Of a DNA stretch of 64,000 nt, positions 28,613 to 36,188 are shown in pieces (position 1 is the first letter of the stretch; the number at the start of each line of letters is the position of its first letter). Both the position numbers and the translations under genes were made by a program. Source of the stretch: a virus. Under the pieces are notes generated by a model, which was not told the origin of the DNA, made no database searches, and saw only the letters and a list, made by a program, of their open reading frames with translations. The stretch spans positions 64,001-128,000 of the IMG/VR virus record IMGVR_UViG_3300037137_001027, one strand, 5' to 3'.

Positions 28613-28927
28613 ATGCATACCACCGACTCCATCCGCGACCTCCTCACCCGCAACCCCAAGGCCGTTTACAGGGCGCTTGTCGTCCTGTTTGAGCGGCAGA
28701 CGGACGATGAGAAGGAGAGCGAGGAAACCAAGCACGACAACGGGCGCGGCTTCAATTACCGCGATGCCAAGTTCGGTTCCGACTTGGCGCAGAAGTGCAT
28801 CCGCCCCGACCCGCGCTACCCTTCCCCGCTCTCCGTCAATCAGCTTGCTGCGGCCCGCCGTATGCTGCACAAGTACGCTGGCCAGCTTGCCCGCATTGCC
28901 AACGGGCAGGAAACGGTCGAGGTATGA
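28613..28927 (+). CDS. conserved-looking phage hypothetical protein
   Basis: RALVVLFERQTDDE...NGRGFNYRDA...LSVNQ...KYAGQL. Confidence 0.8.
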   Translation: MHTTDSIRDLLTRNPKAVYRALVVLFERQTDDEKESEETKHDNGRGFNYRDAKFGSDLAQKCIRPDPRYPSPLSVNQLAAARRMLHKYAGQLARIANGQETVEV

Positions 28928-28934
28928 CCAAACG

Positions 28935-28959
28935 ACCCGCCCGCAAGGGCGGGTTTTTT
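28935..28959 (+). terminator. intrinsic terminator
   Basis: ACCCGCCC-GCAA-GGGCGGGT-TTTTT. Confidence 0.85.
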
Positions 28960-28976
28960 ATTACCAATTTAGTTCC

Positions 28977-28993
28977 AGTACAACCTCATTTAA
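28977..28993 (-). promoter_or_regulatory. single inverted copy of the array motif
   Basis: Reverse complement reads TTAAATGAGGTTGTACT. Confidence 0.7.
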
Positions 28994-29277
28994 TGCCAAT
29001 TTATACTGTACAAACTAGCGCCATGCCTGGAATGCGATTAAATCGCTTTTAAGCCACTCTAACCCTAAAACCGACCCGACATAGCCTTGACCCATTTGCG
29101 CTCGTCTCAAGCGATCCTGGCGCGATTACGGGCCATTTGAACCTCGAACCTCGACCGACTTTTGCGCCGTTCCATTCGCCTATGGTACGCTGGTATATGG
29201 CACCGTGCTAATGGTACTCTAATTGAGGTTGTACTAAATCAGGTGTAGCGAAGATCACCCCTTTCTGGAGTACGACG

Positions 29278-29493
29278 ATGCCGCGTTGCGAAGATTACCC
29301 CTGCTGTGGCCATGAGGCGGGTTGCTGCCCGAACTACGACCGCACTGGCAAGCAGACCGACATGGTTTGCACCTGCGGCGCTCGCCTGCCGATCACGGCG
29401 CGCTACTCCATCTGCGAGACGTGCCTCCGTGACGACGACGACGACGGCCCCGACTATCGGGGCGACGACTGGCAGGAGGTGGACGAATACTAG
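29278..29493 (+). CDS. Cys-rich hypothetical protein
   Basis: RCEDYPCCGH...CTCG...CETC. Confidence 0.78.
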   Translation: MPRCEDYPCCGHEAGCCPNYDRTGKQTDMVCTCGARLPITARYSICETCLRDDDDDGPDYRGDDWQEVDEY

Positions 29494-29598
29494 GGGAAGG
29501 GCAGGGGAACGCCACCCTGCCCTTTTTTGTTATTAACCTCTAATTGAGGTTGTACTAAATCAGGTGTAGCGAACATCACCCCTTTCTGGAGTACGACG

Positions 29599-29955
29599 AT
29601 GGGAACCCGCCTCTACCCGAACACCACCGACCGCGCGGCCCTGGAAGTTCTCGCTGGCGTTCCCGCTGGCACACACGCCCGCATGGACGAAATGGCCAAG
29701 CGGCACGCCGAGGCGAAGGTTGACCCCTTCGACCAGGAGGCGGGTTACGCGCAGTGGAAGGAGCGCAACGACGACGGGCCGATTGGCGACCTCGACGCCT
29801 TCCTCACCTTCGGCTGGGGCAAGTTCCGCCCCGTGGACGGGATCGGGGAGGACTGCGCGGGCCATGAGGACAACCTCGACCGCGCGGCTCGCCTGTTGCG
29901 GGCGAACGGGATCGGTGCGAACGTGGCAATGACGGGGGGATTGCACTGGGGCTAG
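29599..29955 (+). CDS. hypothetical protein
   Basis: Full cassette. Confidence 0.8.
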   Translation: MGTRLYPNTTDRAALEVLAGVPAGTHARMDEMAKRHAEAKVDPFDQEAGYAQWKERNDDGPIGDLDAFLTFGWGKFRPVDGIGEDCAGHEDNLDRAARLLRANGIGANVAMTGGLHWG

Positions 29956-30053
29956 GGGAAGGGCAGGGGAACGCCAACCCTGCCTAATTAACCTCTAATT
30001 GAGGTTGTACTAATTACAGTGTAGGACGGATCACCCCTTACGGAGTCTGACCC

Positions 30054-30281
30054 ATGTTCGCACTGTACGTTGACAACGGCACTGGTGAACTCAGCCGCGC
30101 AGTCTTCACGCTGGAAGAGATGCGCAACTACAGTGGACCTCGGCCCACTTACCTCCGCATTGGCGAGAGCGGGGAGCGCGTTTCGTGGGATACGTTCAAG
30201 GCCATTTGCGCGACGTGTCGGCCCGACGACGCGGACGACGACCCCGACAACCTCTTCGTCTATCGCAGCGACGACAACTAG
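30054..30281 (+). CDS. hypothetical protein
   Basis: Full cassette. Confidence 0.75.
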   Translation: MFALYVDNGTGELSRAVFTLEEMRNYSGPRPTYLRIGESGERVSWDTFKAICATCRPDDADDDPDNLFVYRSDDN

Positions 30282-30371
30282 GGGAAGGGAGCGCCCACTC
30301 CCTAATTAACCTCTAATTGAGGTTGTACTAATTGGGGTGTAGGACGAGTCAACCCCTTACGGAGTACGATC

Positions 30372-30827
30372 ATGGAAGCCGCACTGAAGCTGACCGATGC
30401 CAAGCCCGTCCGCAAGCCCCGCACGGCCCGCAAGGTCAAGCCCGTCGCCGCCGCGATGAAGCCCGATCACCTCCAAGCCTACGCCACCGTGGGCGTCATG
30501 TTCATGGCCGTTCTGTCCGCGCTGCTGAACGGCTACGCGAACGCGGCGAGCGCCGAGGTTGCGTGGGCAGGCTGGGGTATGGGCTTGGCCGTTCCCGTTA
30601 TCATCTTGCTCTTGGGCAAGGTTGCGGGGTTGCTCTACAAGCGCGGGCAGAAGCGCGCTGCCCTTGCTACTGCCAGCGCTGGCATTGGCTTGCTCGCGCT
30701 GTCCGTTTGGCACGTTAGCCTTTCCATCGCCGCCTTGACGGGAAGCCCGATCATGCTGGCAATGCCAATGGCGGTTGCAATCGACTGCGGTTTCGTCTGC
30801 TGCGAGGTAGCGGCCTTGCTCGACTAG
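30372..30827 (+). CDS. integral membrane protein, about 4 TM helices
   Basis: Basic N-terminus followed by four hydrophobic segments. Confidence 0.78.
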   Translation: MEAALKLTDAKPVRKPRTARKVKPVAAAMKPDHLQAYATVGVMFMAVLSALLNGYANAASAEVAWAGWGMGLAVPVIILLLGKVAGLLYKRGQKRAALATASAGIGLLALSVWHVSLSIAALTGSPIMLAMPMAVAIDCGFVCCEVAALLD

Positions 30828-30937
30828 GGCAAGGCAAGGGCAGGGGAACGCCAACCCTGCCCTTTTTGCTAATGATCCTCTAATTGAGGTTGTACTAAAT
30901 CAGGTGAGGACGAGTCACCCCTTTCTGGAGACGAACG

Positions 30938-31051
30938 ATGAACTACGCTTACTTGCGGCTCGCGGCTTGGATGAAGATGATGCAAGGGGGCGAGCGGCGG
31001 CGGTGGGCGCGGGTCTGCAACTACCTTGACGCGAGGATGATGCGCTCTTGA
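30938..31051 (+). CDS. 37-aa peptide
   Basis: Full cassette with GGAG RBS. Confidence 0.6.
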   Translation: MNYAYLRLAAWMKMMQGGERRRWARVCNYLDARMMRS

Positions 31052-31434
31052 CCAAGGGCAGGGGAACGCCAACCCTGCCTAATTAACCTCTAATTGAGGT
31101 TGTACTGAATGGGGTAGGAGGATACCCCTGGGCATCGCCCATGCCCATTGAATTGTTATTAAGGTTGTACTAACATAATTAACATATGATTAATTAATTT
31201 CATTTTCTGTTTAAAAAAGTAACATCAGGGTGCCTACCGTGGACGCCATACCAGTGAGTTCTTTAAAAAAGTCAATTTCAAAATTAGCCGCCAGGGATTT
31301 TTCAAAATTCCACACATATCTTAAAAAAACTAATTTTTCCATTTTCCAAAAAATATACCAATCCAAAAAATTACCATTAGTAAAGTTTTGAAAAAATCTA
31401 CAATGGATTTTTCAAAACTTTACTATATTAAGGT

Positions 31435-31920
31435 ATGATTTGTAGTAAATGCCAAAACGATAAACCAGAGAATGCATTTTATCATTATTCATATGTTACC
31501 ACTTATGTTTGCAAGCAATGCAAGAGAGAAGCATCTTTAAAGTTATTAGATAATCCAAATAGAAAGAGATATAAGACAAAGAATTCCACATATCGGCAGC
31601 ACACAAATTTCAAAAAGATATACAAGGCTTATCATTCTGCTAAAAAGAGAGCAAAAAATAAGAACAGGGAGTTTGATATAAGCATAGATGATTTAATAAA
31701 CTTATGGGATAGTCAACAAGGGCGATGCGTACTGTCTGGTGAAAAATTTCATGAAGAACACGGAGCATATTCCGCAAGTTTAGATAGAATAGATAGTAAG
31801 AAAGGATACACAAAGGGCAACATAAGGTTTATATTATTTGCTCTTAATTCTGCTCTTTTGGATTACGGAATAGAAACATATTTAGATATTGCGGAAGCGG
31901 TGAAAAAAAATATGAGTTAG
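31435..31920 (+). CDS. putative HNH-like endonuclease
   Basis: CSKC..CKQC, GRCVLSG, SLDRIDSKKGYTKGNI. Confidence 0.7.
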   Translation: MICSKCQNDKPENAFYHYSYVTTYVCKQCKREASLKLLDNPNRKRYKTKNSTYRQHTNFKKIYKAYHSAKKRAKNKNREFDISIDDLINLWDSQQGRCVLSGEKFHEEHGAYSASLDRIDSKKGYTKGNIRFILFALNSALLDYGIETYLDIAEAVKKNMS

Positions 31921-31922
31921 CA

Positions 31923-32633
31923 TTGTTTTTCCCTGAAAATCAGTTATCATGGTTTTTGACCAATTCAACAAGGGTCCAACCAATGTACGATATTAAATCA
32001 CTTGCCTACGGTTTCACCACTGAACAGGCACATGTTCTATCTTTGCCGCTCAAATTCCCTATTTGTGTATTCGACAGGGAAGCCACGTTTTACGAAAACT
32101 ACTATCAGAAAATTGATTTCTGGTGGTATATTGGTAGAACTCTTGCATCAACGGATGTAAAGATAGACAGGAGTGTTAATCGTTATGATGATGAGAGCAG
32201 TGATGTTATTAGCACTGCTGAGTTTATTGGCATATCTGGTCATCCTGGTTCTATACTCGGCAAAGCCGATCATATGGATTTAAGATATAAGAAAACTAGC
32301 TTCAAGAAATTTAAGAAAATTAATTTGGTAAAATTATGTCATAATTGTCAGTTAAATGATCCGCATGAGCCTATAAAGAAGTATAGTGGGAGGAGCATAC
32401 CGCCCAATTTATTTTATTACAGGGTAAGTGAGCCTGACGAGTTGCTTTTTAATTTCTTGTGGGGGAGGGCATTGGAGATACCGCATCAGAGTTATGATAT
32501 TCCAGAGGAATTTCTGGCTAAGGAAGAACGGTTTTTGGATTATATTAAGGCTGTGCCTAAGACGTTATTTAAGATGAACGATTACAGGCATGATTTAGGT
32601 GTAATCAAGGAGTTATGGAATAGAAATGCGTAG
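31923..32633 (+). CDS. hypothetical protein
   Basis: Long ORF. Confidence 0.7.
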   Translation: MFFPENQLSWFLTNSTRVQPMYDIKSLAYGFTTEQAHVLSLPLKFPICVFDREATFYENYYQKIDFWWYIGRTLASTDVKIDRSVNRYDDESSDVISTAEFIGISGHPGSILGKADHMDLRYKKTSFKKFKKINLVKLCHNCQLNDPHEPIKKYSGRSIPPNLFYYRVSEPDELLFNFLWGRALEIPHQSYDIPEEFLAKEERFLDYIKAVPKTLFKMNDYRHDLGVIKELWNRNA

Positions 32634-33021
32634 TAGACAAACATTTGAGGGCAAGTTTGGTGATTGCAGTATTGTTACGACGAGGGTTAGGGTAACGGCA
32701 TCGCCAACGGAAGAAAATACTTTTCATGTTATTTTATTTGATGTTGAATGCGATATAAAGAATTTCTTTTTACACACGTCGCCAATCCCGAAGGGGGAGG
32801 CGAGTGTTAAGTGGTATGCTAAGGTTCCGCCTAAGTGTCCAAATTGTGGGCATGAATTATACAATATGGGATTGGATCATTATGAATTAAAGGAATCTGA
32901 CAGTTACAATTATAAGGGTGTAACGGCAGAAGTGATTCAATCATATGAAGAAGATATTTTGGAACTTAAACTTCACTATGAGGTGATGGAATATGTTACC
33001 CAAGGGCAAGCAATTGGTTAA
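32626..33021 (+). CDS. hypothetical protein
   Basis: ORF with CPNCG. Confidence 0.7.
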   Translation: MRSRQTFEGKFGDCSIVTTRVRVTASPTEENTFHVILFDVECDIKNFFLHTSPIPKGEASVKWYAKVPPKCPNCGHELYNMGLDHYELKESDSYNYKGVTAEVIQSYEEDILELKLHYEVMEYVTQGQAIG

Positions 33022-33409
33022 AATGCTCAAGGAAGCGGAAATAAGAAATGCCAATGAAGCAGAAGAGAAGCGTATCAAAGCTGAAATAGCAAAGGAAAAG
33101 AAGATGAAGGCAGAAGAAGTGAAGTTGAAGAAGGATGTAGAGGGTATAATTAAGCATATAGAGGAAGATATTTTTAATGCGATTAAGAAGGGGAAGAGGG
33201 AGACTGAGTTACGTTTTGGGGATGGTCACACAAGGGAGCCAGCGTGGGAGATGGCGGTTGCGCAGTTGGGGAGGTTGAACAAGGCATACAAGTTTAAGAT
33301 TGATGCTATTAGTATTCATTGTGATAATCATATAGAAGCGGCGAATGTAGATTATGTAACGGCTAGGGATTGGTATGAACCTAGATGGGAGGTAAAGATA
33401 AAATGGTAG
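32993..33409 (+). CDS. hypothetical protein (start may be 33014 or 33023)
   Basis: Charged coiled-coil ORF. Confidence 0.7.
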   Translation: MLPKGKQLVKMLKEAEIRNANEAEEKRIKAEIAKEKKMKAEEVKLKKDVEGIIKHIEEDIFNAIKKGKRETELRFGDGHTREPAWEMAVAQLGRLNKAYKFKIDAISIHCDNHIEAANVDYVTARDWYEPRWEVKIKW

Positions 33410-33591
33410 ATTGGAAACAAACAGTTATTATATGTGTAGTTGCTATTTGTTGTACTGTTGTTTTTGGGATAGTGGTAACTGGTTGTCATGGGTGTATGCA
33501 GCAGGACAGGGAATATAGGTTGAAGTATTTGGAGCAGCAGCGTAAATGATTACATTACTTATGGGATACCTGAAGAGGTAGTGAATGATTT

Positions 33592-34137
33592 ATGGAACAG
33601 TTAAGGGTTATTTTGGAAGCTCCTGGTGCCGAGGGATGTGGATTTCCAGCTAAAGACAAGTTAGAAGATCGTTTATTATTATTTGCTTTGGTATATGGAT
33701 TGAAGCCAAAGGCATGTTTAGAAATAGGTTGTTATAAAGGTGGTTCTACTGAGATTATAGTAGCGGCTGGTGGGCGGGTTTTTTCCATTGACCCTGATCC
33801 GCAGATATCGGATGAAACTTGGGGAAAAATCAAAGATCATTGTGTAATAATTAAGGGTTATTCACCAGAGAAAATTTGTGAAGCACACGCTTTGGCTAAG
33901 GCTAATTTTGATTTTATATTTATAGATGGCGACCACAACAAGGCTTACGATGATATTAGGGGTATAATGCCATATCTTGCTGACAGTGCTTATATTTTAC
34001 TACATGATTGTTATTATGTTGCTGGTGCTATTCAGAAGGCGGTCAAGGAGTTTGGTTTAGTAGATTGTGGTATATTGGGTATAAAGAGTAAGGATGGGTG
34101 GTTAGGTTCTCAGTTATTGAGATATAGCGTTACATAG
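33592..34137 (+). CDS. class I SAM-dependent methyltransferase (Methyltransf_24-like)
   Basis: LEIGCYKGGST, FDFIFIDGDH, ILLHD. Confidence 0.85.
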   Translation: MEQLRVILEAPGAEGCGFPAKDKLEDRLLLFALVYGLKPKACLEIGCYKGGSTEIIVAAGGRVFSIDPDPQISDETWGKIKDHCVIIKGYSPEKICEAHALAKANFDFIFIDGDHNKAYDDIRGIMPYLADSAYILLHDCYYVAGAIQKAVKEFGLVDCGILGIKSKDGWLGSQLLRYSVT

Positions 34138-34527
34138 TTCAATCGTCTTATATTTCCAGGTGACTTCCAAATTTACGGTAGGGTCGGAACTAAAGCATAG
34201 TTCCCCGAAGTTAACGGAGTGTGGCCAGACGCCTATGAAGTGGTAACTGAAGTTGGACTTTGCTTTATTTCCTAGCCAGATTTCGCCTAATTGCATACGA
34301 AGTTTAGCGGCCACGTCATCGCCACTAACTTTACCTTTCTCAAAGTAATCGGCTCCGAATTGATAGAATTCGGCAAATATATTCATTAGGGATTGACTTC
34401 TTTCTTCGCTCCATTCATTAATGGCGGGGAAGGTCGTTATTAGGCCGTTTTCGAAAGATTCATTTTTTAACGTCACTTGACCTATGAAGTGATGGTTAGG
34501 GAATTGTACATTGATATTGTATAGCAT
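34114..34527 (-). CDS. tail-tube (gp19)-like protein
   Basis: GVWPHSVNFGELCFSSDPTVNLEVTWKY resembles the tube-protein C-terminus. Confidence 0.5.
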   Translation of the reverse strand: MLYNINVQFPNHHFIGQVTLKNESFENGLITTFPAINEWSEERSQSLMNIFAEFYQFGADYFEKGKVSGDDVAAKLRMQLGEIWLGNKAKSNFSYHFIGVWPHSVNFGELCFSSDPTVNLEVTWKYKTIELCNAISQ

Positions 34528-34682
34528 TATTTTTTCCTATTGAGTAATTTACCGAGGCCATAGCCAAAGGCATAGCCAGCGATGGAGGCGACAGCTAGGA
34601 GGAGTAGGTGGTTCATAGATATAGAGTAGTGTGGTTAAATTAATAAATTTAGATTTTGACGTTGGGATCAATAGATAAAACC

Positions 34683-35387
34683 ATGATGACTTTCAGGGAA
34701 TATGTAGTTAGACGGGAGGCGAGTTCTAACATATTTCAAAATGCGGGGGCTGGAAGGGGGAGTATGGCTAGTGACGCCAGGGATGTAGTAAGTACACTTG
34801 GTTTTGCTCCTGCTGGAGCGATTGCGGCACCTTATGCAGCGGCGAAGGGATTTTTAGGAACGACTCCTGGCAAGTATCGTTCGATGGTGCGTGGTAATCC
34901 ATATCTTTCAGACACGCCAGAGAGGACGAAGGTATTAGCTGGGAAGGCGTATGAAGACAGTAGTAGTTGGTTGTTAGATCGTGTTGAGCGAGAGAAGGTG
35001 CCACAGGTAAGGGGCAGGTTAATAACATCTTTACAGCAGGCGGTACAGGAATTGGACCAACATTTTCATTCTCAGCAACCGACGAAGATTACGGCTACGG
35101 GGCAGATGGTAGGTCAGCAGGCAACGGGAATGAGTAATTTCTTTGCATTACCAGCTTCGATTATTGCGGGTATTAAGCAGGCGGCGAAGAATGTCATAGA
35201 CACGTTAAATCCTGCGTATCAGAATCAATCAAATGAGTGGGCAGAGAGTGTAAACAAGATGGTATTATCTTTGGATGCTTTGAGGTCGGTATTACCAATG
35301 GAGTTGGTAGACTCATATATTAAGACATTTTTACATAATTTGGAGAAGGGCTGGGGATCAAGGGCTAGAGAAATAGGAAGGAGTTAA
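34683..35387 (+). CDS. putative virion-internal protein
   Basis: MMTFREYVVRRE N-terminus; ATAGATA-N5-ATG upstream. Confidence 0.6.
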   Translation: MMTFREYVVRREASSNIFQNAGAGRGSMASDARDVVSTLGFAPAGAIAAPYAAAKGFLGTTPGKYRSMVRGNPYLSDTPERTKVLAGKAYEDSSSWLLDRVEREKVPQVRGRLITSLQQAVQELDQHFHSQQPTKITATGQMVGQQATGMSNFFALPASIIAGIKQAAKNVIDTLNPAYQNQSNEWAESVNKMVLSLDALRSVLPMELVDSYIKTFLHNLEKGWGSRAREIGRS

Positions 35388-35399
35388 TATATAATCATT

Positions 35400-35621
35400 A
35401 TGGTTAAGACATTTTTAGATTGGGTAAAGATCAAGGAATCGACGGCTGCTAAGAGGGCAAGACGGGCTGCTGCTGGTATTGACATAGGTAAAGGACCGAG
35501 TATTGCAGATGCAGCAATTAATAGTTACTCTACTGCACCGCCTGCAATAAAGGATGCTATTGTAAAGCGTAACAAGCATGAGAAGAAGAAGGGTTGCGAC
35601 TCTAAGCTTCCGCCGAAGTAA
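35400..35621 (+). CDS. small protein with KTFLDW N-terminus
   Basis: MVKTFLDWVKIKE. Confidence 0.65.
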   Translation: MVKTFLDWVKIKESTAAKRARRAAAGIDIGKGPSIADAAINSYSTAPPAIKDAIVKRNKHEKKKGCDSKLPPK

Positions 35622-35979
35622 GTCGGTGTTCCCATTCTTGTAGTCGATGGCCTTTAATTCTCTTTGCACCTTTACAGGTATCGCAAATGCCATTACTTTC
35701 AAAGCCTGCACGGAAGCCAGTAGGGATACCTTTTAGGTCTTTACAATCACGGCAATGCAGACCTTTTTCTTCGATTTCATTTTCTCTGAGCCAAGTCATA
35801 AGGCAGTTAGTATTACAGAAATAAAAGGGCCAAGTTTCCATTTCATGATGGTGGCACTTTTCGCACAAATGGCTTTCAATATAGAACTTAAGTTCAAAGT
35901 CGAACATGCCTGATTTCTTGCATTGGTCGCAATGGATGATACTAAGCATAAAGCTCCTTAATCTGGATCGCCCCACCAA
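35602..35979 (-). CDS. zinc-finger protein
   Basis: Five CxxC-like pairs. Confidence 0.7.
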   Translation of the reverse strand: MVGRSRLRSFMLSIIHCDQCKKSGMFDFELKFYIESHLCEKCHHHEMETWPFYFCNTNCLMTWLRENEIEEKGLHCRDCKDLKGIPTGFRAGFESNGICDTCKGAKRIKGHRLQEWEHRLTSAEA

Positions 35980-36188
35980 CCAGGAGGGCAGCCTGCTTTT
36001 TGGTATTCCTCCATCATTTTTTTATCGTGTTCTTTGCTTGCCAGGTCTAATTGTTCTTCATAATCAACATGGGCGCTCCAACCGAGGAGCGCCCAATGTT
36101 TTACGGAGTTTCTTTTTGGGGCTGGGACTTTATGTTTATAATTGTCCCACCATTCTTGGAAGCCTTCAGGAATTTTTGCTTTTGTCAT
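35958..36188 (-). CDS. hypothetical protein
   Basis: ORF in minus-strand operon. Confidence 0.65.
   Translation of the reverse strand: MTKAKIPEGFQEWWDNYKHKVPAPKRNSVKHWALLGWSAHVDYEEQLDLASKEHDKKMMEEYQKAGCPPGWWGDPD

Larger units (their letters stand above)
12838..30302 (+). repeat. About 20 exact copies of the hairpin GGGAGCGCCCACTCCC, each between a stop codon and the next motif
   Basis: At about 12838, 16872, 18382, 19872, 20260, 20975, 21545, 21918, 22489, 22733, 23380, 23633, 23920, 24190, 24834, 25593, 25867, 27580, 27836, 30287. Confidence 0.93.
17..31174 (+). repeat. Dispersed direct-repeat array: about 68 copies of TAATTGAGGTTGTACTAAT (core GTTGTACT), one ahead of almost every gene or short operon
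   Basis: Copies read at about 17, 997, 1494, 2229, 3573, 3940, 5521, 6833, 7589, 7715, 8222, 9370, 9659, 10239, 10584, 11433, 11654, 12023, 12498, 12863, 13514, 13925, 14634, 14904, 15347, 16519, 16899, 17310, 17617, 18157, 18409, 18634, 19152, 19455, 19900, 20287, 20482, 20743, 21000, 21572, 21945, 22516, 22760, 23106, 23405, 23658, 23947, 24215, 24519, 24859, 25274, 25620, 25892, 26239, 26513, 26938, 27245, 27606, 27863, 28217, 28555, 29220, 29541, 29996, 30314, 30881, 31091, 31156; none seen beyond 31.2 kb. Confidence 0.97.

Noticed and set aside
521-31072. Minus-strand and frame-shifted ORFs in the array (many read ...LVQPQL... or ...GCTN...)
   Set aside because: Shadows of GC-rich + strand genes and translations of the repeat; no RBS or cassette context.
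17-31174. Repeat array as a CRISPR locus
   Set aside because: Spacing is irregular (65 to over 1500 bp), the intervals are genes with RBSs, the repeat is only about 19 bp, and no cas gene is in the window.
12838-31174. Classical integron with attC sites
   Set aside because: No consistent RYYYAAC...GTTRRRY boxes (the core is GTTGTAC), no intI in the window, and each cassette has its own promoter; kept only as an analogy.
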